64,000 nt of DNA, from NCBI RefSeq assembly GCF_009914755.1, contig NC_060929.1. One strand, 5' to 3'. Origin of the DNA: the human T2T-CHM13v2.0 reference genome, Homo sapiens. Both the position numbers and the translations under genes were made by a program. This document shows positions 26,891 through 39,519 of this stretch, in pieces. The notes under the pieces were generated by a model, which saw only the letters and a list, made by a program, of their open reading frames with translations, was not told where the DNA came from and ran no database searches. How positions within the stretch are numbered: the stretch's first letter is position 1; the number at the start of each line of letters is the position of its first letter.

Positions 26891-28739
26891 AGCTAGTAAC
26901 TTTAGTAATAAGGCGATCAATGGGGACTGGTGAGGTAGAAAAAAATCAGCTTTGAGAAGTTTGGAAAAATGGAGTATATCTTAGAAAGGCTCATCAAGTT
27001 GTTATGGACAATCAAAATGACCCCCACAGTCAATGCAAGACACATTAATTTCATGTGCTCACTAATAGTTTGCTTTTATGCACAAATTACAATAAATTTC
27101 TAGTAGAGTTAAATTCTAGGGAAAACGGGGTGGAGGGGGATGAATGAAGACAATATCAAAAGGAAAAAGAAAAGATAAAGTAGTTTTCCACTGGATTCTA
27201 TAAAAAAATACAATGTTACTGAAGATATTTGCTTTTATTTTGTAGTGCTTTGCACTCTACAAAATATGTTTTTCATACTTTATATCAATGTAGTTTACCA
27301 AAACCTTGTGAAGTAAGAAAGAGTTGTCTCCATTTTCTGTAGGAAGAACTCCTGCCCTCAAGGAGAGATTAAAAACATATACCCATTAATTAGTGAACAT
27401 GGACCTCATATCTGGTTTTTGACCCTAACTTCAGGGCTATTTTCACTGTGCTGGGGGGCCACCTCTAGGAAAGAATGGAGGGTTGGAAATCCTCTCAACC
27501 AAGGTCTTGACTTTTTATTTTATTTCATTGTTTCCACAGCTTCTTACATGTGTGTACCACTTTGGATTTCCCAAAACACTTTCTCATATAATATATACTT
27601 GATCCATGCAATAGCCCCAGAAGTAGATAGTGCCCTTTTTATGCATGAATAAACCAAGTGTCAGGGCTTATATGAGGTTTTGTGCAGCAAGACTTTTTAT
27701 TCTGAATCCAGTCTTCTTTCTGGTATGTTACACTGCCTCTCAAAGCCTTTTATTGCAGTTTCCTTTCCCTTCATACTTGTTTTACATAACTCTTTTATAC
27801 AGTTTAGGTTTCAGGACTTAATATTGGCACATGTGTTTTTAAGCAGATAATTTGCTGGGCAATGGCTGAAACCTTAGATACATCTAAGGAAGCTAATCTC
27901 TTATTAAATCAATTATATTCTCATTGTTGGTACTAGGTAGAGTAATATGGTGCATTTGATGGAGCAATAACATGCTTCTTTAGCTGCATTAATTCTATAT
28001 AACTTTTGATTGGGCATTATATTGTTTAGTTAGTAGAAAATTAAAGTAAAACCAAATTCCTAGAAGCCACTCATAGCAAACTGTATTTTTCATCCTGCAT
28101 CAGATTTGAAGATGTACCTAATAACGTGACATAAGTCTGCAAAGTCCCCAGGACACTATCAATTCATTCTACTGCCTCCCAAATTCATAGCCAGCCAAGA
28201 TCATCCCAGTAACTACAGAACATAATCATTGTCCTCTTCATTTATACCTTCAATTTGGATCCAACAAAAATTTCTCTTCCCTCATTTCCCATAAAGCCTA
28301 AATTGCTGAAAAAGATATTCATGAATATCTGTCTAAACTTTGCAGCTTACTAAGTGATTACATGGGAGGTAGCAGGCTGATAAGATATTGTCCCCACTTT
28401 ATGGATTAGCACACTGAGTTTCTGGGAAATTGATCTGGCTTGCTTAAGCTGTTGCAACTCTGAAAAAATCACTAGGGCCTGTGAGGGAGGTCCTCTGTCA
28501 TCAAAGCTTGGGCTCATTCTAGTACTCTATGCTGCTAGATTTCTCTTAAGTGAACTGGAAGCATCTTGGCCTGAATTTGAAAGAAGGCAATCCAAGTTTG
28601 ACTTGGCTAAGTCATAATTCTGAATCACTGCTCCCGTGCAGGTAATTCAGGATAGGCAAATGTAATACAGGATGGCAGCAGAAATCAGACAGAACTAGGT
28701 AGGGGAAGAAAATGGACTCTATAGCGAAGCAAGAAAATA

Positions 28740-28990
28740 ATAATGGCAGTCACTCACTATTTTTTGAGCAGTTACATTATGTTAGGCATGATGTTAAACA
28801 TATATGTGTCTTATCTCATTAGGTCTTTATAATTACTCTATGTGGTTGATATTATAATTAACTCCAATATATAAATAAGATATTTCAGGCTTAGAGAATT
28901 TAAGTAGCTTACCCAAACTTAGATAGCAAGCTGGCAAGCTCTGATCTGTCTGACATCCAAGCCTGTGTTCTTTATCATTCTATTACACTT
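28740..28990 (-). mobile_element. MIR SINE
   Basis: 'ttttgagcagttacattatgttaggcatg...caggcttagagaatttaagtagcttaccc...tctgtctgacatccaagcc'. Confidence 0.7.
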
Positions 28991-29747
28991 TCTGATCAGG
29001 CAACAGGAGACAGAGGTCATTTCTTAGGCTCCCTATGCACTCTTCAAGGTTTCTCTTGGTATCCCATGCTCCTTTTCAAGTTCTCAGTGATGCACAGGAT
29101 GGACAGTGATGTCTTCTTTGACCATCTCTCTGGAGGTCCTTATTCAAAGGCATCAGAAGCAGTCCTGGACCTCAAGATGTGCCAAGACATCACAGGGGGT
29201 TTTAGGGTTCCCCCAACCCCCTGCCATAGTTTAACATCACAGCACTTACCCTTTATTGTTGCTCAGGGCAACTGGTCAGCCAGTTAATAAACACATCAAC
29301 TTACTTTGAATTCTTGAGCACAAAGGGAAAGAAGATATAAACACTGACAGATTTACTATGGTCTAATTTAATAAAAATGTCAACAAATAAATGCACATTT
29401 AGCTGGGAAATAAATATCAACAATGAGGCAAGCTGACAGTGGAGTAGGTTGTAAGAAATTAACATTAAATAGTTTGGGATGACAGTAACTATAAAAACAA
29501 AATTGTACCTTGGAGACATCTTGAAACAATTTAACAAATGTGTGCTTTGAACATGAGAGAAGGCGAGTGAATCAAAACCGTTTTGATATAGGACAAGAGC
29601 CCACAGAGCTGTGGAGAGCAATCACTTGCATTCTGTCCCATACATCTGCAAAATGACATTTAGTGCAAACCAAGAACAGTCATCTGAGGATCATTTTCTC
29701 AAATTAAATGGGCTCCACACACCAAATGGAACTCTTGTTAAAGAGTT

Positions 29748-30445
29748 AAAGAAAAAGAATGGAGACATGTCAAAGAGATTTAGAATCCAACCTGATAGAG
29801 CTCCTAATGTCCAAAGCTGGAAGAATTTGAACCCAAAATAAGTAACATGGTGTTGGATTATAACACAAGTATAAAATAAATATAATGATTCATGCTGATA
29901 TAAATAAAAGATTGAGTTAATGAACAAGAAGTAAATAAGAAGGGGAAAAACTTCCTTATAGAAAAATTTCAAATAATATAGGTATATATTATTATTAAGC
30001 TCTAGGAAGTAAAGCTTAATCTCTCACCTTCTTTGACTATAGGCTGAACTTGGTGACTTGTATTCAAAGAAAAGAGTATGGAAAGGGGAAAAAATAGTAA
30101 CTTTGCTGTGGAGAAATCTGGTAAATACCACCATAACAAAATGATCGAGGTTAACATCACCAGCAAAGAGTTATGTTAATATTTTGTACCCCCTGATGTG
30201 ATATGATGAGAAGGGCACTTCATCTCTGTGGCATTCTTCCCCAGAATCATTACCCTAGTCTAATCGTGAGGAAAGCATCAGACAAACACATACTGAGGGC
30301 CACGTTACAAAAATGTAAAACTGACCAGTATTCCTCAAAATGGCCAAGGTCAAGTAAAACAAGGAAAGATTGAGAAACCATTATAGACCAGAGGAGGCTG
30401 GGGAGAGACATTACTACTAAATGCAATGTGGCATCCTTGGTTCTC
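29748..30445 (+). repeat. Arm 1 (derived copy) of 698-bp inverted duplication; L1MC-derived
   Basis: Reverse complement of 32970-33667 with one mismatch (29781 T vs 33634 G); ORF track shows the same peptide MKFFYKEVFP... at 29691..29972(-) and 33443..33760(+). Confidence 0.98.
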
Positions 30446-30744
30446 ACCAAAGGATGTATAAATTCTCACCAAAAATAAATAAATAAGTAACTTCCCCTTG
30501 ACGAGATCTGCCTGATCCTTTCCCAGCACAGCTAAAGTAGAATGGCTTGCTGAGTTTGGCAGAACTGCATTTATCTCCTAGAACTGCAACTTACTAGCTG
30601 TGTGACCTTGAGACATTACCAAACCTCCCTGAGCCTTGACTGTGGAAAAAAGATAACATGTACTGCAAGGTTATTGCGAGGATCCCAAGCACCTACTACA
30701 ATATTTGCTGGGATGCAGAAGCGCAATAACTCTTAATCCCTTAA

Positions 30745-32170
30745 GATATTTATGTGTCCAACAAGTTTTTATTGAGCACCTACTATGTGCCTGCCATGTA
30801 TTAGGCGTTTGGGTTATATCAATGAATGTTTCCTTCTCTGAATCTTTACATGACAGTGTAGGGAAACAGAAGATTAAGGTGATAAATAGGTAAACTGTAT
30901 AACATGTTAGGTTGTATATCAAAAAAAGGGCAAAGCGAGTGTGAGAAGGGTAAGTAGGATTTTAGAGAGGAAGATGGAGATAGGCATCATTGATAAGATG
31001 ATATTTGAGTAGAATTGCCAGATTTAGCAAACAAAAGTGCTGGATACTAGTTAAATTTCAATTTTAGATAAATCACAATTTTTAGTATACATAGTATGTT
31101 CAAGATTGCATGTCCATGTCACTATTTATCTGAAATTCAAATTTCAATGGGTGTCCTTTATTTTTATCTAGTAACCCTACAATTTGAGCCAAGACTAGAA
31201 GTTCTCTGTGTGTATATCTGCAGGAAAAGAGTTATAGGCAGGGAGAATAGCCCACATAAAAGCCCTAGGGGAAGCTTGAGGAACATCGAGGAGGATAACA
31301 TGGATGGAGCAGAGTGAGCCAGGGAGGGAGGGACTAGAGGACAGAGAGGCACCCAAGATCCCAAGAGCAGATCGCATGGGGTCTTGTAAGCACTTCTGCT
31401 TCTACTCTGAGTGAAATGGGGAGCCATTACAGGGTTTTGCGCAAAGAAGAGGCATAATCTAACATATCCTAGCTGCTGGCTGAGAGTTGACTCTAGGAGG
31501 GGCAAATCAGGGACATCAGTAAGGAGTTATCACAGTCATTCAGGCAACAGGTGATGGTGGCTCAGACCAGACGAGGGTGGCAGCCATGGCAGTTAGAAGT
31601 GGTTAGATTCTAGGTATTTAGAAGGAAGAACCAACAAGATTTCCTATGAGTTGTGAGAGAATGAGAAAAGTCAAAGATAACTGCAAAATTTGTGGCTCAA
31701 ACAACTGGAAAAATCGAGTTGCCATGATGGGAAAGCTGTGAGTGGAACAGGAATTTGGGTGGGGGCTGGGGCAATGAGGAAGATTGGTAGTTCCATTTTG
31801 GATATGTATGGTTTGAGAATTCTGATAGACATCCAAGTAGAGATGTCCAGTAAACATTTGGAATGTGAGTCTGGAGTTCAGGAGAGACATCTGGGATGAA
31901 GAAACAAATTCGGGAACATTTTAGCATCTAGATGCCAATGAGACTGGATATCACCAAGGAAGTGACTGTAGAAAGATAAGAGAAACAGGTTTAAGCCCTA
32001 GTTTAAATGTTGGTGAGAGGAGAAAGGAACAGCAAATGAGACTGGGGACTGACCAGTGAAATAGAAGAAAAACCAAGACACCATATTGTCCTGAAGGCCA
32101 ATGAAGAAAATGTATTAAGGAGGAATGAGTTATCAACTGTGTCAAATGCTAACAATAGGTCAAATAAGAT
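30745..32170 (-). mobile_element. L2 LINE, long fragment interrupted by MER53
   Basis: 'tttattgagcacctactatgtgcc' 3' end in reverse, 'tgagtgaaatggggagccatt', 'gacatccaagtagagatgtccag', 'tcaactgtgtcaaatgct'. Confidence 0.85.
31010..31180. mobile_element. MER53 palindromic MITE
   Basis: 'tagaattgccagatttagcaaa...tttatctgaaattcaaattt...tatctagtaacccta'; 8-bp TSD tatttgag/aatttgag. Confidence 0.85.
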
Positions 32171-32720
32171 ATCTATTTATATGTCTGATTTCTAATGGAC
32201 AATGTTTTTGTTTGACCAGTGAAGAGGGGTCAATGGCAAAAATAGTATTGCCATTGTGCCATCTTGGAAAGTCATGTCTCATTAAATTATAATATGATTC
32301 TCCTGGCACTCCCCCTTTCCCTTCTTTCTTTCCCCCCTTGAATACTAGGCTATTGGGAAACACGTTGAGATTCCATATTGTGAAAAATTCTATAAAATAA
32401 AGAAGAAAATAGGACCATTTGCTATGGTCTTTTAGCACAAGTACACATTGATAAGCTTTTTCTTTTTCTTGTGGAAGGACTGTGGGTCAGCCCACCAGAG
32501 AGCATATGAAGCTTCTGCTTCCTCTCATGAGCTGACTGGCTGGGTAGGTGCTTTCATGGATTCATGGCCAGCCTGTTGTAACATTGCTGGTTCCCCACCC
32601 AGGCCCTCACTCTCCAGACAGAGACAAGGTCCTGATGAGTTACCTGGTAGTCTATTCAGAAATCTCCCAGCACCCAGGAGACTGAATTCTCTTGCTCTGA
32701 GCCTCCTCAATAGCTATTAC

Positions 32721-32723
<3 letters not shown>

Positions 32724-32759
<36 letters not shown>
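32724..32759. repeat. (AT)18 microsatellite
   Basis: Direct reading. Confidence 0.95.
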
Positions 32760-32762
<3 letters not shown>

Positions 32763-33667
32763 AAATTTTGGAATAATTTTAGGTTTACAGAAAATTTGCA
32801 AATATAACAGAAGGAGTTTCTGTATATGCCTCACCCAGTTACCCCTAGTGTTAGAATCTCACCTTGCCATGGTAAATTTGTCAACATCATTATATACCTT
32901 TAACTAAACTCAGGCCTTTATTCAGATTTTACCAGATTTCTCCACTACTGTTCTTTTTCTGGCCCAGGAGAGAACCAAGGATGCCACATTGCATTTAGTA
33001 GTAATGTCTCTCCCCAGCCTCCTCTGGTCTATAATGGTTTCTCAATCTTTCCTTGTTTTACTTGACCTTGGCCATTTTGAGGAATACTGGTCAGTTTTAC
33101 ATTTTTGTAACGTGGCCCTCAGTATGTGTTTGTCTGATGCTTTCCTCACGATTAGACTAGGGTAATGATTCTGGGGAAGAATGCCACAGAGATGAAGTGC
33201 CCTTCTCATCATATCACATCAGGGGGTACAAAATATTAACATAACTCTTTGCTGGTGATGTTAACCTCGATCATTTTGTTATGGTGGTATTTACCAGATT
33301 TCTCCACAGCAAAGTTACTATTTTTTCCCCTTTCCATACTCTTTTCTTTGAATACAAGTCACCAAGTTCAGCCTATAGTCAAAGAAGGTGAGAGATTAAG
33401 CTTTACTTCCTAGAGCTTAATAATAATATATACCTATATTATTTGAAATTTTTCTATAAGGAAGTTTTTCCCCTTCTTATTTACTTCTTGTTCATTAACT
33501 CAATCTTTTATTTATATCAGCATGAATCATTATATTTATTTTATACTTGTGTTATAATCCAACACCATGTTACTTATTTTGGGTTCAAATTCTTCCAGCT
33601 TTGGACATTAGGAGCTCTATCAGGTTGGATTCTGAATCTCTTTGACATGTCTCCATTCTTTTTCTTT
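32760..33667 (-). mobile_element. L1MC-type LINE-1 3' fragment; 32970-33667 is arm 2 (donor) of the inverted duplication
   Basis: 'ttttggaataattttaggtttacagaaaatttgcaa' 3' terminus and 'ccacattgcatttagt'; L1MC-like sequence resumes near 34610-34780. Confidence 0.85.
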
Positions 33668-33994
33668 TGTTTTAAAAGTAGAAGTACTTTATGTTTATGG
33701 ATGAACATTTTTTACATGAAATACTGGCACCCATGCTATGTATGGGGGTTTGTTTCCTAAATAAATATGAGTTTTCAATTGAATTCAGCTAGGTTTAGAC
33801 ACAGCCTGAGCTTTAATGCTAGAAAGAACTACTGAGGGAAGCTTCTGGAATCTAATTCTTTGAAGATTTCTCAAAAACAAAAAAGTTTCATACTACCAAA
33901 AGTTGCACATAGGGTACTGGTGGTGGGGCCAGAGATAATGTTCTATGATTTCTGAAATTTTTTCTTCTCATTTTATTTTATGCTATTTCCCCCC

Positions 33995-34595
33995 TTTTAA
34001 TTGATACATAATAATTGTATATATTCATGGGACACATATGCTATTTTTGATACATATAAGATATAATGATCAAATCTGAGTATTTAGCTTACCCATCACC
34101 TCAAACATTTATCATGTATTTGTGTTGGAAACATTTCAAATCTTTTCTTCCAGCTATTTGGAAATAAACTTTAATTCATTATTAACTGTAGTAGTCACCC
34201 TACTGTGCTATTCAACACTAGAACTTACTACTGCTTTCTAACTGGTTGCTTGTGTCCATTAGCCAACCTCTCTTCACCACCCCCCTCCACTTCCTAGACT
34301 CTGGCAGCCACTACTTCAGTCCCTACTTCCATGAAATCAATTTGTTATCTCCCACATATGAGTGAGACCATGTGATATTTGTCTTTCTTTGCCCAGCCCA
34401 TCTCACTCAACATATTGACCTCCATCCAGTTCCATCATGCTCCTGCAAACAACAGGGCTCCTTTCTTATGGCTAAACAGTATTCCACTGTGCATATACAA
34501 GACAATCTTCAACCGTTCATCCGTCCATGGACATCTAGGCCAACTCCATATCCTGGCCACTGTGAAAAGTGATATAATAAACATGGGGGTGCAGG
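33995..34595 (-). mobile_element. L1MA-type LINE-1 3' fragment nested in the L1MC
   Basis: 'ttttaattgatacataataattgtatatattcatggg', 'cccatcacctcaaacatttatcat', 'ctcccacatatgagtgag'. Confidence 0.85.
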
Positions 34596-35519
34596 GTGCA
34601 GGCAGTTTTTGTTTTTAGCATATCTTTAAGACACTGCAAGGTGCTCCAGGCTCATCATGTGTTTTCCCTGGAATCATGGGATCAGCCATTTCTCCATGGG
34701 GCCGTGCTTCTTTTTTACTGGAAAATCATAGAAAAAGCAAGCAAGATCTGGGCAATGGGTACCCAAAGGCATATTACTGGGTCAAAAATACTCTCCCAGG
34801 AGGGCTCATGAACCACCTGCACCACTTGTGTATTACCCAGGGGTTGCCAGCAGGGGTCACCAAGTGACTGGGTTGGGGGTGTGATTGTATTGACAAATTG
34901 GGGTTAAGGACACCACCACAATCTTCTGGTTGGAGCCCACCTTACAAGCAGGCAGAAGATACTAGTATGGTTTGAGAGGCAACAGTAAGTCCCCTCTTTC
35001 CTCACCATTCCAAAATATCTTCCTTTCCCTTCATAAGATTCCTGAAATTCCTGCATTGGAGTTTTAGCCTTTTAGTCTTTTAAAAATAGCTTCCGATTAA
35101 AATAAAACCAGACTTTGATTAAAAATTATCTTTGATTCCCGTTTAAAATGTAGATAAATCACTTGCCTCCAGTGGCCTCAAATTTAATCAGAGTTGGATC
35201 ATAGTATTCATCTAGAGTTTAGGCTTTGTCCTGCAAGTCGTCAGGGAGCCCTGAATATTTTTGGCATGATCTGCAATGCATTTTTAGGGTGATAATGTTG
35301 TGGTTCATATGTATATGTGTGTGTGTGTGGTGTGTATGTACGTAGGTGTGTAAATATGTATATGTATATGTGCCTGACACCTAGTGAGAGCTATAGAGTA
35401 TTTGCTATAATTAATGTCATTAGTAGTAGTGGTAACAGAACATTCTAACCATAGACGGCTCTCTCCAAACTTCCTGCTGTTAATTTGTGACACAGTGTAA
35501 GAACAAGTGTGTATATATA

Positions 35520-35720
35520 CGCACATACTTCCATTGACTTCTCACACCCTATGAGGTTAGTACTATTTTTATTTCATTTTACAGGTGGAAAAATTGGGGC
35601 ACAGCAGGGAAATGTAACTTGTCCAAGGTCACACAGCTACTAAATGGAAAAGACAAGATTTAAAGCCAGGCAGTCTGGCTCCAGGTTTCTGGTTCTTAAC
35701 TATGCTCTGTGCTACTCATT
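35520..35720 (-). mobile_element. MIR SINE
   Basis: 'ccctatgaggttagtactatt...aacttgtccaaggtcacacagctactaaatgg...aggcagtctggctcc'. Confidence 0.8.
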
Positions 35721-37013
35721 TGAATGTCTGTTCTCCTCTGCCTTCTTCAAGAGAATGCTCCCAAAATGCCACCTAGCCTCATCCCTGGCTTTCATGTCTC
35801 CAGAATTTCATATTTCAAGATCCTCCCTTACCAAGATTATTTTTCACAGGCTATCCCCAGCACTGCCCTATCCCCATGAGCCCTTAGGGTCTTTCTCATT
35901 TTCTTTATCTTCTCTTTCCCCACTTATCACTGCCTTAGTGGTAAATGAGTTGATATGATTAAATACCTTTCTTTTGGGGCAGGGGATGGGAGGGGATATT
36001 TTGTTTTCAAAATAAGGCTACTAGTATAACCCAAAGGAATACATTCTAATGACAAAACAGATGTCAATAAAAGACAAGTGATAATAATAATAATCAGCAA
36101 CTTATCTTGGCTTAATGTAAACACTCAATAAATGCAGCAGTTAGCATTTATTGAGTGACTGCTTTGTGCCTGATATTGTACTAAGTACTTCACGTAGATA
36201 CTTTCTTTTGATTCACACAGTAATCCTAGGAGTTTAGCACCATTATTATCTCTCTCTACAGAGAGAACTTGAGAAGTTTCCCCAAGGTCACACAGCATGG
36301 AAAAGCTGGAATATGATTGACAATGGTGAGTCTGTAAGAGGCTTCACCCTTGAACTTGATAAAGTACTCACTGTAGTATACCTCAAATGATACCACACCC
36401 ACAGACCCAATTTCATCTAGTTCGGTGCTGTGCAGAAGCTGTTTGTAGAGAAGGAACACTTAGAAATTGTATTTCCTATCTATTATGGATCAGTAGTTCT
36501 ACAAAATACATTAACAATGAATTATATGATCACATTCTTGGATGTTATGCCCACGTCAACTTGTTATCCAAGTCTCTCAATGGTTTCTCCTAGTTTTAAA
36601 CTTACCACAGTAGGTTGGTAACCAGCAGGTCATGGACTGGCATCAATCTGTGAATCATTCTCTGAATGGCACTGGTCTAATAGTATCCTTTTCACAAATG
36701 TGATTCACTAAATGTATGTCTAGATATAACTGAATTTTTATTTCTTTGTAAAATTTGTGTTAGACTCTTTGTTCCAACTGTTGGTTATTAAACCCATAGA
36801 CATTAGACATTAGGTAGACCTGGCACCAGACAAACCTGGATTTAAATCTAATCCTGCCTGTTCTACCTGCATGGCTTTGAGTAGCTTAACCTCTCTTAGA
36901 CTGTTTTATTGTCAATAAAATGAGGATAATAATATTTACCCAGATGGATTATTGTGAGAATCCATTGAGACAGGGATGACTGGTACATGGGAGACACTTA
37001 ATAGATTTTGTTA

Positions 37014-37440
<427 letters not shown>

Positions 37441-38089
37441 GATGCAAATCTGATATGTATGTTGGGTGGCTGGTAGACCTCCATAAATTATTAACAAATG
37501 TCCGAATGACTGACCACTCTCCAACCAATTCTGACTGTGGGGGAAATTTTCCATTTACACCACCTCCCCTGAAGACTCAGGAATCAGGGATGGGGACAGC
37601 CTGTGTACTTGAAAGGAGAGGCTCTCTTTGAGCAGCAGTTTCCTATGTGGCAAAGCAATTTTATTAGACTTCAGGGGGTCGGGGCTCCTCTGACCCTGCC
37701 CGCTCCCTGGAGCCGGCTGCCCCAGGCTTACCCAGGGAGGACACAGCTCTGAGCTGCCACATGGTGGATGAAGATTGATGTCAAAATATTAATTTAGAGT
37801 CAGCACTGCTGATGCAAGCTAAACATGTGCTTCTTTTAGCCTGCGGAGTCAATTGGATTGTAATTCTTCTCAGTTCTCAGCTCAGGAGTGGAAGAGTGTG
37901 TCGTTCCTGGAGGGGCATGTTGGCAGGTGCCTCTGAGATCTGAAAGGTTAACGCAGACTGCAAGTGGGGGCTATCTTGTTGGGGGATCGCCAGCTAATTT
38001 TCTTGAGATTATAGGATCAGGGAAAGGCAGAGCTGGACAGGGTTTTAGGGATCAACCTTTCTTTTAAAATTAGAGGAAAAGGGCTGATT

Positions 38090-38250
38090 AAGAGGTCAGG
38101 CCTTGGAGTCAGGAGGACACAGGTCACCTCCTGGTTGTGCCACTTATGAGCAGTGTGCTGTTAGGCAAGTGACTTTACCTCTCTGAACCTCAGTGTTCTC
38201 ATCTGTAAAATGGGGATAATAAAAATGTCCACATCATAGATTATGCCTTG
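38090..38250 (+). mobile_element. MIR SINE
   Basis: 'aggcaagtgactttacctctctgaacctcagtgttctcatctgtaaaatggggataat'. Confidence 0.85.
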
Positions 38251-39519
38251 TAGACTAGTCTCATACGTACACATATCATTCATTCTTTATTTCTTAAGGT
38301 TTCAAATAAAGTCTTTCTCACAAGACTGATTTATGCCTTTATTCATCACCTGTTTTGCGTCTGTAATAGATGCGTGGATTGCAACAGAGAGCAAAAGCTG
38401 ACATGCTGTCTGTCCCCATGGAGGCTGCAGTTTGGTGGGAGAGACAGACCCTGACCGAGTCATCCCAAGAAACAATGTAAATACAACAATGATATGTTGG
38501 CAGAGGAACAGTGTCAGGTACTGTGAAAGGGCATCATGGGGGAATCTGATTTGGTTTAGAAGGCCAAGACAGGCTTTCCTAAAAAAGCAACAGCTGACCT
38601 AAGATCTGATGCACCAGTAGAGGTTTAGGCAAATGGGGGAGAGCAGGGCAGTCTCAGCTGAGGGAAGACCCTGCGTTGCGTCTCCGTGGTCCCTGCTGAG
38701 AGAAGAGCAGTGTGCACAATGCTGGGGGAAGTGGTAGGTGACGAGGCTGGGGGAGTAGCAGAAGCCAGGCCTGGGGGTGGCCCTGGTCAGGATTGGTTTT
38801 GTTCCTCCCAAGAGTAAGTGGGTGACTGAGTTGACTGAAGATCAGTCTGGCAGCAGGGAGGGAGGCAGAGTCTGTGTTCACGAGCCTGTGTTCCCAGGAG
38901 TTCTTTTGTCCTAGTCTGAGCCCAGGCTCTGCCCTCTGCTTTTGTTTCCCTTATCTATTGGGTTCACTCTTTCCTCTGTTGTGGCAGCACCGGCCTCCCC
39001 TTGGTCTCCAGCCCCGCAGAATCTGACCTGCAATTCTCCTTGCTGCTGATTCAGCTCTCCCTGGCTCCTTTCCCTCCATCCTTCCTTCTGTCATCAAACG
39101 CACCTCTCTTTGCTGTGGCTTCATTGGTCCCTGTAGATGTGTTTTTTCCTCTCTGCCCTCCTGTCATCTTTCCTCTGACCGGTCATCAGAGAGATTTCCT
39201 GCTACTGGGGATAAGCGAGTCCTGTGCCAATGAGGACAGCCACCACTCAGTGTGTAATGTTTTAAAATTTTACAAAGCCCTTTTGCGCTTGTTCCTCTAA
39301 TAGCTCCTCATTATCATCCCATAAAATAGTAGGACAAGAATTATTGTCCCCATTTGCTAGATAAGAAAAGGATTTCAGAAAAGTTGGGAGACTCGAGCTT
39401 GCTCACACAGCTGGTGTGTTTTGAGCTGGGAGCCCACCCTGGGTCAGGTTCTGTAACTCCAAACCCCTTGATCTTCTTTGTTTTTTTTTTTTTTTTAACA
39501 TGGTATCCTAGGACTTATT

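Noticed and set aside
29691-33760. Two ORFs with identical peptide MKFFYKEVFP... suggesting a duplicated gene
   Set aside because: By-product of the inverted duplication; antisense L1MC sequence with a non-ATG start
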